This document shows positions 13,401-26,306 of a DNA stretch of 64,000 nt, one piece after another. The DNA lies in the NCBI GenBank assembly GCA_013265495.1, contig MU057801.1, forward strand, positions 682,001 through 746,000, read 5' to 3'. Position numbers and translations under genes: made by a program. Numbering within the stretch: the first letter of the stretch is position 1; the number at the start of each line of letters is the position of its first letter. This DNA comes from Vicugna vicugna (lineage: Eukaryota). The notes beneath the pieces were generated by a model that saw only the letters and a list, made by a program, of their open reading frames with translations, was not told where the DNA came from and made no database searches.

Positions 13401-14384
13401 TGACTACAGCACGTCCCATCAACCGGGTACCACCTGGAAGCCACAGACCAGATGCAGAAGCAGCTCCATGGGGTTTTCAGTTAGGACCCCTTAAGCCTCT
13501 TCTGGAATGACGGAAGGTCGCAGATCCTCTAATTACTACTGTTACACTATTCCTGACAGAAAAATAAAATCTACCCTCTGTGTGGCCGCTAAGTGTTACT
13601 GACTGATAAACGTCCCAACATAAAAACAGTCAAAAGTTGCAAAACAGCTAGAAAAGAATTGTTTCCACAAAGGAGAAAAGAGGAAACACAGAGACCACCA
13701 GTTCCACCTGCCTTGTGCTTATTATGTCGTTACTCATGTTAACGGCAGACAGGTGGCTGTGACTCCCCCAAGTTCTGCTGCCACCAAATACAGAGTCCCA
13801 AAGGGCTCAGCATAACATACGAGTGGATGAAGGTAAGTAACTCTCTATCGTTTACACTGCTGAAGCCACCTTGGTGGGTGGAATCATCGTATAGATAAGC
13901 AACAAAGCCAAGGAACATTAACTCAGATGAAAACAAAATTAGCAATCATTTTTACAGTAAAGAACCTTGGCCAGAAAGTCAACAGTCAAAGTGTCTGTGT
14001 TATGTACAGGTGGCTGTGTACCTAAGTACGTCAGTATTCAGCAACAGGTTAGCAAGATACGCCAGCACACCAGGGTTTACACTGCAGCGCAGGGTTTAGT
14101 CATCGCCAGTGTGCCGATGGGGGGAGAACCCAAGACTGCAGGCGGACAGGCGTCCTTCTGGCCCAGGTCCTGGCTAGGCCTGCCACACCAGACCATGGCG
14201 CCACTTGAATGGTAAAGAAGAAATGCCGCCAGACCAAGGAGGAGCTCGATGGAATGGAGACCAGCAGGCTGTCCGCAGAGTCACTGCAGCGCTAAGGGCC
14301 CTCACCCTGTGCCGCAAAGCCAGGGACAAGCACAGCAGAGGCAAGGACGTGCGGGCCAAGCACAGCCGCCTCGTTCCTCGCGGT

Positions 14385-14571
14385 CAGTCTCTCACCTCAG
14401 CAGTGCTGAGGTTCCAGATCAGAGGCTCCCCGAGCCCGGGGCTGCCTGGGACGCGCCAGGGTGTTCGCAGCACCCGTCCGCTGGATGCCGACAGCACCGA
14501 CAACCACAAATGTCCCCAGATGTTGCCAAGTGTTCCCTGGGGGGCGAATCGCCCCCACCCGACAAGCACTG
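14385..14571 (-). mobile_element. MER20-like hAT-Charlie DNA transposon remnant
   Basis: caaatgtccccagatgttgccaagtgttccctggggggcgaatcgccccc is the reverse complement of the MER20 5' region. Confidence 0.7.
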
Positions 14572-14666
14572 CTCTAAATCATTCAGCTTCTGCTGGAACT
14601 ATGTGTGTAGATACGAGACTCACGAGTCTGAGTAAACTGAAACACAACACTGAGAAAACGTTTCCA

Positions 14667-14765
14667 GGGGGCGGGCAGAGCCCAGGGGTGGGGCACGTGC
14701 TCAGTGTGCACGAGGTTCCGGCTTCGACCCTCAGTACCTCCACAGGGAAAATGAAGAAAGAAAAG
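14667..14765 (+). mobile_element. tRNA-Ala-derived camelid-type SINE (diverged, GC-shifted)
   Basis: gggggcgggcagagcccagg...gtgcacgaggttccggcttcgaccctcagtacctcc followed by an A-rich tail. Confidence 0.75.
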
Positions 14766-16079
14766 TGAAGAAAAAAGTTTCCAAAGTGATATCACTAACA
14801 AAAAGAGATTAATGGTGAGAACACATTCTAGACAAACTAGCAAAAAGCTTAAATAGTGTAGGAAAAAACGTGCTGTGAGAAAAGTCCCCGACGAGTGTAT
14901 ATCAGCCAAACAGAAAGAAAACTATTGTGAATACTTCACCAGCCATCTCTAGGCGGGAGGATCTTCCTGAAAACCAAAGTAGCAAGCAGTTAACGCTCAT
15001 CAGTAATTTAACTGACTGGTGACCATCACCCTGTGTGCTGTTCTTAGCATTTTTCACCTTCATTATTTGCTAGAGAAGAGCTTTCTAAGAAGCACAGACC
15101 TTAGTCTTCCCTCGTCGTCTGTAAGTGACTCACTAAAATGTTTCGCACACTCATCGGGGGAACTCAACTAATTTTGCTTTGCTAAACCACGCACAACATG
15201 ACATGGTTTCGTGCTACTCGAAGCCACAGTGAAGCTATCTCCGATATTAAATGAACACTGATCTGTAATGCCATCTTTCTGAAAATAAAGAGAACATGAA
15301 CATGTTTTCCTCTTTAGTAAGGAGATTCAGCTCATCTTAGGATCATTGCAAGATAAGTCGACACCGACCTGATTATTCACCGTGGAGCAAGTGAACCCCT
15401 CTGATGAGGCGTCCACGCCCAAAATTACTTTGGTGCTAGAACCTCTTAATCAACCAGAAAGCACGCGGTTTGTAAACAACACGTGGCTAAACTCAGTGTT
15501 AATTGGCTGAAGCCCAGGAATAACATTTCTTCACTTTGCAAATGAGCACTTCTTATCAATGCTTTTTTGTTTAACTCAAATCTCAATAATCAGTAAGAAT
15601 CTGCATAAACTGCTCATTCCTTTATACATGGACACGATTTATTGGCTCCAGGGAAGTCCAGCTTGCATAATTTTTCCAGTTCACTCATCCCAGGGGAGGC
15701 ACAGCCAACACCCTGACACTGGCGCGCTCAGAACTTCTGTAGGATTTTCTGGATTCCCTTCCCCTCCATGCAAGGGCTCTGCATAGAAGGCACGCTAGGG
15801 AGGCAGCACCGTTCTCCCCTCAAGAACTACGGACACACTGTCCTCTGTCCTCAGCTGCGAACGCAGGGACCAGCAGTGTTACAGAAATTTTTCTTGACCA
15901 TCTAATTGCTGCTAAGCGTCTAATTACATCAAAACAACGGACACCCATGGAAACCAAACGCCAAGTGCGACGCCAGGCACACATGCCATGCGGGGGTGGG
16001 GGTGTGAACAGAGGAAGCAGGGCCCAGGGCGGCGGGAGGAGAAGCCGGGGACGGGGCACACGAGGCGGCGTGACAGTAC

Positions 16080-16220
16080 CTGGCAGCCCGTGAGAGCAAG
16101 AGGAGTGAGAGGGCCCGGGGAAGAGCGTGCAGGCGCCGGGCAGGAGGAGCGGGGCGCTCCGCGCGGCGGGCAGGGCCTCAGAGAGGAGGGCGCGGCTGCA
16201 GGCGGGTGGGCTGCGCTCAG
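16080..16220 (-). CDS. RALGAPA2: Putative alternatively spliced RALGAPA2 cassette exon, 141 nt: AERSPPACSRALLSEALPAARSAPLLLPGACTLFPGPSHSSCSHGLP
   Basis: Symmetric phase 1-1, 47 codons, open frame; tttgtctctcctggaag acceptor, CAG|gtactg donor; resembles the 47-aa insert I recall in long RalGAP alpha isoforms at this junction. Confidence 0.8.
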
Positions 16221-19200
16221 CTTCCAGGAGAGACAAAGTCACAGTCACGTCACGAGGCCGCCAGGACCCTCCCTGTCTTTCTCACGACCGTTATTTCTCT
16301 GGGCTCTCTAGTAGGCAAAGGAGGTTGTTTTAAACTTCAGCAGGAGTCAGTACAAAGCGCAATATTTAATCGCGGTCTCTAAACACGGCCGCCTTCAGCG
16401 GCCAACGGCAGGGCCAGCGGCCGCCCACGGCCGGTCCCACTCACCAAGGCTCTGGGTGTCGAGCCTCTCCTTTCCTCTGGGTGGCAGATCCGCATGTGGG
16501 TTGCCTGTTGACTTGGGCAGACTTTATAATCATCAGCTTTCTCTTCCTAAAGGGCCCAAACCAAAAGACCACGGTGGGACAGGGAAAACCTAGCCTGTGG
16601 CTGAGACTGACTCATAAATAATGAGTCATTCAAAGCTGGCCCACCAAGAGACGACTGTGTTCAATAGCAAATCATTTCGTAAATGATTTGTACTAACGGC
16701 TCAAGAGCACCTAGAAGTCAAGGTGAACAGCAAAGGATTTGATACTGAGAAAGAAAGGTTAAAATCTCCATTAAACCCGTCCTTCTAAATCTCATCTCGT
16801 GCTTACTAAATACACAATTTCTCCGTGCAAACCTCATCGTGTTCTTAAGCTTTCTATATATACTGCTTCTCAAAGCCATCTGGGGAAGTGGGTGAACACA
16901 CCAAGCAAGAGGGTACACCCTGTACACAATCCACCATCAAGAAAGTCAGTTTCTTCCTTAAAATGAAAAGACGGGGGTTTACCTGCTGCGTTATTTTTAT
17001 GTGATTTTATTTAACATGGATGAAATAGAACTACAAATGTGGTGACACATTAGCAAAAAGTGGAACAAACGTCTGACTTTCCTATCTTTTCCCCCACCCT
17101 CTGACCATCAGAATCCCCAGTTCTGAAGGACTATGTCAACGTGAACACAGCATCGTTCACAAGTGTGCAAGGTGGTGTTCAGGTGAAAACAACGTCCATG
17201 GAAACATCACATGGACTGACTTCAAATTTCCTAAAGGACGTTTATCTCTTGACATCAGGGACGCTTCATTCGTGTGTTGCTTTAAAAAGTTTTCCTCTAA
17301 TAAATCGGATAATTGTGCGCTTTTCCAAGATTGATCACTGGGTATTTTAGAAATGATACAATATAGAACAATATTTTGGAATAATACTCTTGTGGAAACT
17401 AACTGACTTGCCTTCATCATTCATTTTAGACATCTGAAGTTTTCAGCATCATTCACACTCGGGAATGAAGTTTTACTTTATTAACTTTAAGACTCTCCTT
17501 GCCAGTCCTTCTAAGTTGCAAATGAGTGCATTCTCTGTTCAATTAATTTTCACAATTGCTTATTTTATATTTTCCTCTCACCACCATCACTGACATTTTC
17601 TCAGCCTAAGTGTAGTCTGTGTGGCAAATTATAATAGAATAATCTTAAATCACTCCCTTACTGGGATTAGAAAAAAAGTCACTTTCAAATGAGTCTTCCA
17701 TAATAAACATCTTCATGCTAACAGCACAAAAACTAATGTCATAAGCCGCTGCTCTCTCATTAAAAAGTGGCCTCTGCACAACCAAAATCTACCATGAAAA
17801 TATTCTGGGCCTTCTTAAAAGACTAAATAAAAATATGTAAAAACCATACGCCCAAGTAAAATCTCTAATATGTAGTTTATATAGATTCCTATTCTAAAAC
17901 AGCATGGCATGATAAAATCTTCAAAAAACATAGTTTTCCCAGGTCACAAAAAAGTCCTAATATTTTATAATTTTTAGAAATATAAAATAAAATAGGAAAT
18001 ATGTATTTGTGTATCCATCCATCCACTCGTATGTGTAAAATGTGTGAAGATAACAGATCTGGCCAACTGAGTGGCTCTTCACCTTCATTATCTTCTAGAG
18101 GTTCTGGTTCCAAGTGTGTTAGATTTAATTAATCCTACAAAGGCCAGGTTTATGGTTTTGAAGTGACACACTCTACAAATACCTTTACATGATTTTGTAA
18201 AAGCTCTTATTTTTGCGCAGCTTTCCAGGCACCTCAGAACACCAACGAACAGAATCCCATTGGCAAAAACACACACAGGGCTTTCTAAAACACATCAGCA
18301 CCGCTACCATACTGTTGGTCTAAAACACATGCTGAGAAACTAAGATGCAATCTCTTCTCAGGCTGTGTTTTGGCCAAGTTAGCGGCACATGGAACATGCA
18401 ATACACAATCATTTGCTGCTCATTAAATGTGAGAAGAAAGTTTTACAAAGTGCTTTGAATGAACACTTTAATCATCACTGTCATCCCAGGGTTGCCAGGG
18501 GCAGCAGGGAGTCCGGGCAGCCCAGGCACGAAGCTCCCTTTGTCACAAACTCCTGTTTCGATCCCTTTCTTTTAAGGACCCAGTGATGGAAGAAAGGAGC
18601 TTCCAGGAGTTGGGATGAGAAAGGAAACCGGTGAATGAGCCACCCCAAAGGCTGCCTGTTACCAGGACCTGGGTCTCTGCTCGAGGTGGGGAGGATGAAG
18701 GAGGCAGGAAGACAGGAGATGAATGTAAATAAGGTGATAATTACCAACAAATGTTACCGTACAAACAATGAGGCCGCTGGGGTTAAGGTGTAACACAGCT
18801 TCATAAAACTCCAACAGGACTCTAAGCCAGCTGCAGGAAGCCTGTACTACGCACTGGAAACTATGCTGAGTGTAAATGAATCTTTGACTGATGGCCAGAG
18901 GACACTGCCTTTCTGCAGTCTACGTGCTGAGTATCAGTGACAGCTGCATGGCGTCGCTGATGTGAGAAACCACAGGGAGCAGAGAGAAACCTGTTCTAAA
19001 CTGAAGTCACTGGGAGGGGAAGGGGCTTTACTTGCTCTTATTAAATACTGTGTACAAGCTTACTTGTTAAAGATTTCTCTTTCTGAGAGCAAAGAGTAGT
19101 AAAGAGGCTGTCAGGTCAGCGTCTACAGGCATGGAAGGCTGTTTTCCTAAGAAGCGAAAGCACGTGAGCGTCTCCCTCCAGCTCTGGAAACAGTCGTTCT

Positions 19201-19577
19201 ACACCTTTTCTTTGCTGGAATAAGCTTCCACACTCACTTAGGATCAACACTGTCCAACAACAACAATAATGAAACTGGCTAAGTGATTCCTAAGGCTCTG
19301 CTCTCCTCAAGGCTCAACCGGAACGTCTCCTTTCTCTCTTTTGCACAAATATCTGACCCATATTAACATCTCAAGCCCTCTTTTGCGATGAATGATTTAG
19401 AAAGAAGTATCAAAAACTGTGATCTGGAAAGTCATCAGACAGAAAGCTAGAAGGATACAGATACGTCTCATGCAGTAAAAGGCCTCGTCGTTGAGTTCTG
19501 GGTGGAATTTTAATACTTGTGAAACATTTCACTCCTGCAGACCCGCGCCTTGGAGAAACAGGGAAATGCAAGTTTAC

Positions 19578-19742
19578 CGGCTGCTTTCTGGCGAACGAGG
19601 CTTCTGGCCTTCTCGACTCCCGGCGCCCCAGACGTGGTGGCACTCCTGAACCGCATGGGCTCCGTCACATCGGGGTGACTCCGCCAGCTCAGAGAAAAGG
19701 ACCTCCCCACCGTGGTTCCTTTCTGAGGATCAAGAACACAGC
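19578..19742 (-). CDS. RALGAPA2: RALGAPA2 coding exon (~exon 16), 165 nt: [55 protein letters not shown]
   Basis: Overlaps ORF 19510..19710; tctcgtag acceptor, G|gtaaac donor; includes the AKT/14-3-3 motif RFRSAT (Thr715 site of AS250). Confidence 0.96.
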
Positions 19743-20140
19743 CTACGAGACAAGAAAAAGAATCCCACAGCTGAATTCACTATGACTCGTCTCACAGCCT
19801 CGGGCGCTCAGCACACTCTACACACAGTATCCTGCACAACCAGCGGATTCCCTCACTGAAGATTAGGTACCACGTCCCTAGACTGCAAGTCAGGAAGTTC
19901 TCCACGTGTCAGTGATCTGAAAATCCCTGTTGCCAGAACACACAGCCTACGAGACAAGAAAAAGAATCCCACGGCTGAATTCACTATGACTCGTCTCACA
20001 GCCTCGGGCGCTCAGCATACTCTACACACAGTATCCTGCACAACCAGGGATTCCCCCGCTGAAGATTAGGTACCACGTCCCTAGACTGCAAGTTAGGAAG
20101 TTCTCCACGTGTCAGTGATCTGAAAATCCCTGTTGCCAGA
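19733..20140. repeat. Tandem duplication, 2 x ~204 bp, overlapping the exon-16 splice acceptor
   Basis: gcctacgagacaagaaaaagaatccc occurs at 19741 and 19945; both copies end tgttgccaga (19937, 20140); a handful of mismatches or indels. Confidence 0.97.
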
Positions 20141-21579
20141 GGATTTGCCAAGCATCTTCTGTGGTCTCTTGAAAATCATCGTATCTTCAACAGTACTAAT
20201 TCCAGTGTACAAAAAAGTTAATAAATCTTTCTCAGTATAAGAACAATGTCAAATCCAGTTACACCACTGCTCCCAGGACACTCCAGAAACTGCTTTTATA
20301 AGCCAGAAAATTAGAGATCCCGGTTTTAGAACAGTACTCCATCCTGCGGACACCAACCTCTCCACAAACCCCCAAGAGAGATGTCTGCCTCTAAGTGCTG
20401 ATTGCAGTCAAATGGGCAAGGCTGCTGAGCCTCTACAAACAGCCCCAGTCCTGTTTCAGTGACGCTCCGAGCAGTAACTGCTCAGCTCTGTGGTTCACGC
20501 TCCCTCCTCTCCTCTCATGCTGCTCTGCTCAGATACTCCAAGTGAGCGGCCAAGGACCACAAGACGCACAGGGGAAACGAGACACTTCGAGGTCTCGCGC
20601 GGGTCTGCTGGGGCTGGGGCTGGGGGCTGCCCGCCCCCCGGCCCGTTTTCACACCCAGCTTCTTCTGAGAGTGCACTTTGTTTCCGCAAGTCCGGCGCTT
20701 GTACAGAAAGTATTTCTACAGTGAATATTCAACACCATTTTTAGAATAAAATAAGATAATACATAAATCAGAAACATTTGCCATAGCCGTTCATTACAAA
20801 ATGTGTTCTGTATCATTCTGAAAACAGCATTCCGGAAGCTGTCTACCGTCCTGAGACGAGCCTGTCTCTCCCTGGAGCCTGTGTCCGCACACTGGGAGGG
20901 AGGAGAAAGTTTCGGAGCCTGAAGGGGAGGGCAGGTTATAGGAACTTCAGGAAGTAGGAAATGTGCTGAATTTGCAAAGGCCCTTACTTCCTGTCCCGGC
21001 CACTCCCCTCCATCCTGAAAGGCACCCTGGTTGGGCAGACTCCCCTAGGCTCCTGACTGGAAGCATCTGGATCCCCCCGGACTCCAGGTTGACACAGGGG
21101 CCCTCAGAGCTGCTGCACAGGACATGACAGAGGCCCGGGCTCTAGGCTCCCTGACCCGACCCCAACCCCAAATCTCCAGTCTAACTGATTTTTTTCAGGA
21201 AGGCTCTGTACAGCTCCACCTCGGAAGAAAGAAAGCTCTTCTACTAAAGTGTGTGACAATGTCACTGCATCAGACAGTCTAAATCTAAACTGGGATTAAA
21301 CAAGTCCACGAATGCCATGCCCTTCAACTACTTCGTTTCGGTTTCTCCCTAACCTGCTTTTACTCACAGACGGCAGTGCAGGTAATCTAAGGATCAGCCA
21401 CATCAACCGCGCGTCCCTGTGGTTAGTTAACCTCCGTAGCTGGTTCCATCTCCCCGTACCCACAAGGACTCTGAGCCTCAGCACACCACTTACTTTGGTA
21501 GCAAAACTGGGCAAGCAGGGACTTGAAATGCACTTGAAAATCTGGGCTTGCCCTCTTGCTGCTCCTAGGACCCTAAGCC

Positions 21580-21836
21580 ATTAGGTGGGCAGCCCGAGCC
21601 AGCCCGCCTGGTGATGAAAGATGTACAGCCCCGCCCCCCACCGCCGCGGCTGACAGCTAGCCGACCCCTGCAAGGAGGCCACCTGGCTGAGCGCGTCACA
21701 GCTGACTGCAAACACAGCTGTGAATTCAGCAGCAGAAGGGCCCGAGGGAGCCCGACTCCAACTGCTAAATAAATGGTGCTATTTTATGCCACTGTATTTT
21801 GGGGTGATCTGCCACACAGCAAAAGCTAACTGATGC
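21580..21836 (+). mobile_element. MLT1 (MaLR) LTR fragment
   Basis: Ends aaataaatggtgctattttatgccactgtattttggggtgatctgccacacagcaaaagctaactgat, a typical MLT1 3' end. Confidence 0.7.
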
Positions 21837-22932
21837 AATCTGCACCGAGACTGTGGTCGAGGCTCTAGCCTACCACAGCAGGTAATGCACCTCTGTGAGT
21901 CTCTGGAGAAAAAATTCCTCTCGGGTCCCAGGACCAGGAAAAGCTAAGCATGTGGATCGTTCGTACCTTGTGTGCTCTGAGTGTCTGATGTAGCCCTGTG
22001 GGGACCAGTGTCAGATCCGCAGTTGCCCCTTCCCGCCTCCCAGCAGGCACGGAGGCCCCAGTGTGCATTCTGGCACTTGGACCTTGCCTGTAGCTCCACC
22101 CCTTTTCATTTTGCCCCCATGTCCTTAGGTATTTTATCTGTTATACTATGTTTTTTCTAGAAACAGCCTCAAAATCTTTACATAAGTCGGAGTTCGGTGA
22201 CTTAATCCCAGGACTGTGTCACAGTCTTAAAGACAGTAGTGAAGACACGCTGCCAAGCTGTCACCACCCCCCCAGCAGAAACCAGTACCGATGTTTTCCA
22301 CCCAATCTGACTTTAGGTCTGAAAACAGTTTTCACCTAGAAACACAACAAAGCCAGAGTGACCCCCACTCGAGGCACTGAGGCACTCCACCTGCCCCAGA
22401 AAGGCAGCAGAGTACACTTCTTTTTCTCTTTTCTTTTTTAAAATTGAAGTATAGTTGATTTGCAACGTTGTGTCAGTTTTTACAAAACAGAGACAGGCTC
22501 AGAGTGCATCTCAGTGGTGCAGTGTCTTGAGTTGGACTTGCCTGGCTTTGCTTTCTGGCTTTACCACTTTTTAGCTGTGTGACCCTGAAGGAGCCGATCG
22601 CTGTGGGCCCCGTCCTTGAGTCTGTGACGTGGAGGCAGCGGTATCTACTTCCCAGGCTGCCAGGATGGTGGCGAGGGAGAGTCCGTGCACGGCCCCAGCC
22701 ATCACTACTACTGTTACCAGTCCCCCCCCACACACACAGCCTCCCCATACACTCAACGCCTCGGAAGGCGGCCGAGCGCTATGAGACACAATCTAATGCC
22801 ACCATGAAAAGACACTGTCCCGACGCTGCTTCAGTTGATGATGAGATTTCCTGCGTCAGGTGCCTGGGTGTTTCACACAGTCCCCCCGCCCCAGCCTCAG
22901 ACACCTGGGGCCGCCTGTACGAGCGGAAATAC

Positions 22933-23170
22933 CTTTGCCTCGCTGCTTCTTTTCCTTTTGTTCACTTAATTTGTCCAGAGGCAGGTTTGTCATCTCGACG
23001 CCGTAGACGGTTCTGGCGAGCACCACCGTCAGGGAGTCCATGATGTTGGCCCACTCGCTGATGAGCTCGTCCCACTCGGTGAGGGAGGACAGCACCCCGA
23101 GGAAGTCGTCCCAGAGCTCTCGGGACACGTACACGCAGAGGCTTGCCCGGATCCAGGCCACGATGAGTGT
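22933..23170 (-). CDS. RALGAPA2: RALGAPA2 coding exon (~exon 15), 238 nt: [22 protein letters not shown]...[13 protein letters not shown]
   Basis: Overlaps ORF 22856..23161; gtttcag acceptor, AAG|gtattt donor. Confidence 0.96.
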
Positions 23171-23679
23171 CTGAAACAGTCAACCAACCAGAGAATTCCA
23201 TCGTCTTCATGTGGAAGAGGTATGGTTTTCACAAAAGGTGTAAAGTTACTCTCAATAAAATGACGGCTAGAGTAAAAAGCGCTTGTGGATATTGTTTTTC
23301 TTTTAATTTCTCAAAATTCATTTGATCAGCTGCCATCGGGTTTTGAGCCCGTGCGAAATCAGTTACCATCAGGACAAAGACCCTGATTCACAATGATGCT
23401 CACATCTGTGGCTGGTCCCGGCCGGAACCGGGGAGAAGACTCCTCCGTCTCCTGAGACACCCCTTTCCCTCACTCTCCGCGGCAGCCTCTGCAAACCTCC
23501 TCTTCTACAGGAAGACCTCCAACCCCGCCAATTCCGGCCTGACTTTGAGCAGGTGAACTCACTGTGGGCTTCAGAGAGAAGAGAACCCGTTACACAAGAG
23601 CGCCTCCCTCCTGTGCCTGCAGATGTGTGCGGACAGGGCCCCCTCCACACTCGGGCCTCCTCCTCGGTCCCTGGGTTTC

Positions 23680-24450
23680 TATTAACCCCACCTGTCCTGG
23701 ACCTCTGACCCTCCTCCTGCCCCAGCTCCTACCCATCAGCATTTCACTGTGTTCCAATTCCTCCTTCTCTTAAAAAAAAAACACACAAATGCTCCCTTGA
23801 ACCCCAGTGCTCCCCTCTGGCGATAGCCCTTTCTTTCCCTTTCAAAGCCAACTTTCTTGAAAGAACATTCCACACTCACCCCATCCGCACCTCCTCTGCC
23901 ACCCCACCTTCTGTCTGGGTTTTGGTTTCCGTCTCATGGCTCCAGTTACCATCCGTCTACTGTTTACTTTTCAACCGCCGTGTCCAGCCCAGACCTCTCT
24001 GACGGTTTCCTGGCCTTTCTAGCTGCTTACTGGGCAGCTCACGTGCACGGTCTGCACGCAGCTGTGACGAAGCAAAGCCGTAAAAAGAACTCAGTTTCTT
24101 CTGCTGAGATCCCACCAGTTCCTGGATCTGGTCTCTCCTGCTAGCAGCCTCTGCATACACTGTCCTCCCTCCCTTTCCGCATGTTTCCTCTACAACTTCC
24201 ACCCACCCTTCAGGTCACAGCTCGGACATCACTTCCTCCTCGGTGTCCCCGACTGCCACCCATCCCTGCCTGCAGCAAGCAGCCTTCAGTCCCCACCATT
24301 CCCCGCATCGCTGCCCCCGGAGCTCCTCTCAAGTCGATTCTCTCCTCCCCGGTCTCATGGTCCACAGCACTGCAACCGGCCGTGGGCGACCCTACGAGAC
24401 ATCACGCACACGTCCTGGATACTGCCTCACCCTGAAGCTGCCTGGCTCCT
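23680..24450. mobile_element. Ancient L2-like fragment
   Basis: Pyrimidine-rich, L2-like motifs (gccaactttcttgaaagaa; ctgggcagctc...cagctg); degenerate. Confidence 0.45.
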
Positions 24451-24724
24451 TTCCCCTGCCAGCATGTTCCACACCCTCTAAAGTTCAAGTCAAGCTCCAC
24501 CCCTCCCCCGGAGGAAGTGCGGGTCCAGCTCAGGTGAGCCCCAGCTGCTCCCCTAGTCTCAGCAGAGGGGATCTTTACACCCAAAGTCAGTGCAACGTCC
24601 CTGATCTGTGATCAGAACTATATGCACCGGTCAGGGTACCAGCCTGCAGGTATCCCTGCCTCACCCACACGCAGACAGGCCGTCGGGACTGGTACTGCGC
24701 GTGGGAGAGCAGGGACTCGCTTTC

Positions 24725-24836
24725 CGGGGGGACAGGAAGGATTAGAGTTACTTATTGTTAACAGAGGCGCTGGGGACGGAACCCAGGACCTCGTGCGTGC
24801 TAGGCACGTGCTCTGCCGCTGAGCTGTAACCTCCCC
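24725..24836 (-). mobile_element. tRNA-Ala-derived camelid-type SINE
   Basis: Reverse complement ggggaggttacagctcagcggcagagcacgtgcctagcacgcacgaggtcctgggttccgtccccagcgcctc. Confidence 0.85.
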
Positions 24837-26149
24837 ACAAGTTCGCTCTTTAATGAAACGAGATTAGCTCATTCAGGGTGGTATGGCAGTAGACTGCTTT
24901 TTAATTAAGAGAGAAATTTTTCTAACACAGACCTGGGAAAACTTTGAGAAAAAGAAAGCAATTTGTAACTAGGTAGGCCTGCTCTGACCTCCTGAAAAAT
25001 CATATTTAAAGTCATCTTCGGCAATGTTCCTCTTCTCTGTTTCAATTCATGTTAACTACACTTTTTAAATGGATAAAAATGTTAATGCTGAGCTAAAATA
25101 ATTGAGTATATTGAAAACAAGGTTCTAAAGACTCATTTAAAATCTTGACTCTAAGACGAAGAAAGTTTTTAAAAATTAAGGACAATGCAAAAGGAAAAAT
25201 TAAAATAACTATCACTTACGGTTTTTAATACTTCATTACACGTTTGTGTTATGACTAAATGCTGGCTTCTATTTATTCACTGTTACACTCCTGTTTTCAA
25301 AATGAGTTTGAGGCCATTACCATAAAGTGCACGCACACAGTGAAATTAATAAACAGGAAAGCAAAAATACAACCGTACAGAGTAGGGGGAGAAGGCAAAG
25401 CCTGGCAAAGTCACCGGGACTCGGCTCACGGTGCTCAGGGCACTGGCCTCGGGTTTAAAAGCAGGTGGGGGGGGGTGCGCCTCGCCCTAACCCGGGCGGC
25501 CTGCACTGGCTTCATATGGTCATTAGACGAGGACAGAACCATGACTCCCCGCAGCTCATACAACTGTCCTCAGCCAAGCCCCGCACACGCACATGACCAG
25601 GCGCCGCACGGCATCCGCAACCACAGCCCGGACGGTCGGCGGGGAGGGCACCTTCAGACGCGAAGGCGGGGCACCCCTCCATCCGCTTCCCTTTTCTGAG
25701 AGGAAGAGGGAGGGAGAGGGTCTCAGACTCGGTTCTGTCACTAAGCTGGTCTGTGCCCTGGACGATTTACGTGGCTTTTCTGGAGTCCCATTTCTCGCTG
25801 AAGGTAAGAAACTGGATAAAGGCGTCCCCGAGGTTCCTTCGAGACTGAATTTCAGGCTTTAGCAAATGCCTCTTGGCTCCCAGGTGTAGAAGACACCTTC
25901 ACTAGTCAATCACTCCTCTTCTCAAAAGGTCCCCCACCAACCACGCTGTGTGTTTCTGCGTCCACGTCCCGAGGGGACCACACAGCTCTGAGGTTCTGGC
26001 TCACACTACACACAGCAGGACTGTGGTCCAGGCTTCCTCACGTGCTTCAGAGCGGCAAGCAGGAGGCCACACTGAGCCCTGACACCAGCGCACAAGGCAT
26101 CACCATGGCAATCACCGTCACTCGTTAAGTGTTTAAAACGAGGCAAAAC

Positions 26150-26306
26150 TCGACTATTTAGCCCTGGGAACTGTCTTCAATACCTTGCGACAGCCTACCA
26201 TGAGAAGGAATATGAAAAGGAATGTACATATGTAAAACTGAATCACTGTGCTGCACACGAGAAACCAACACAACACTGCAAACTGACTGCACTTCAATTA
26301 AAAAAA
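26150..26306 (+). mobile_element. Truncated L1 3' end
   Basis: gggaactgtcttcaatacc...ctgaatcactgtgctgcacac...cacttcaattaaaaaaa. Confidence 0.8.
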
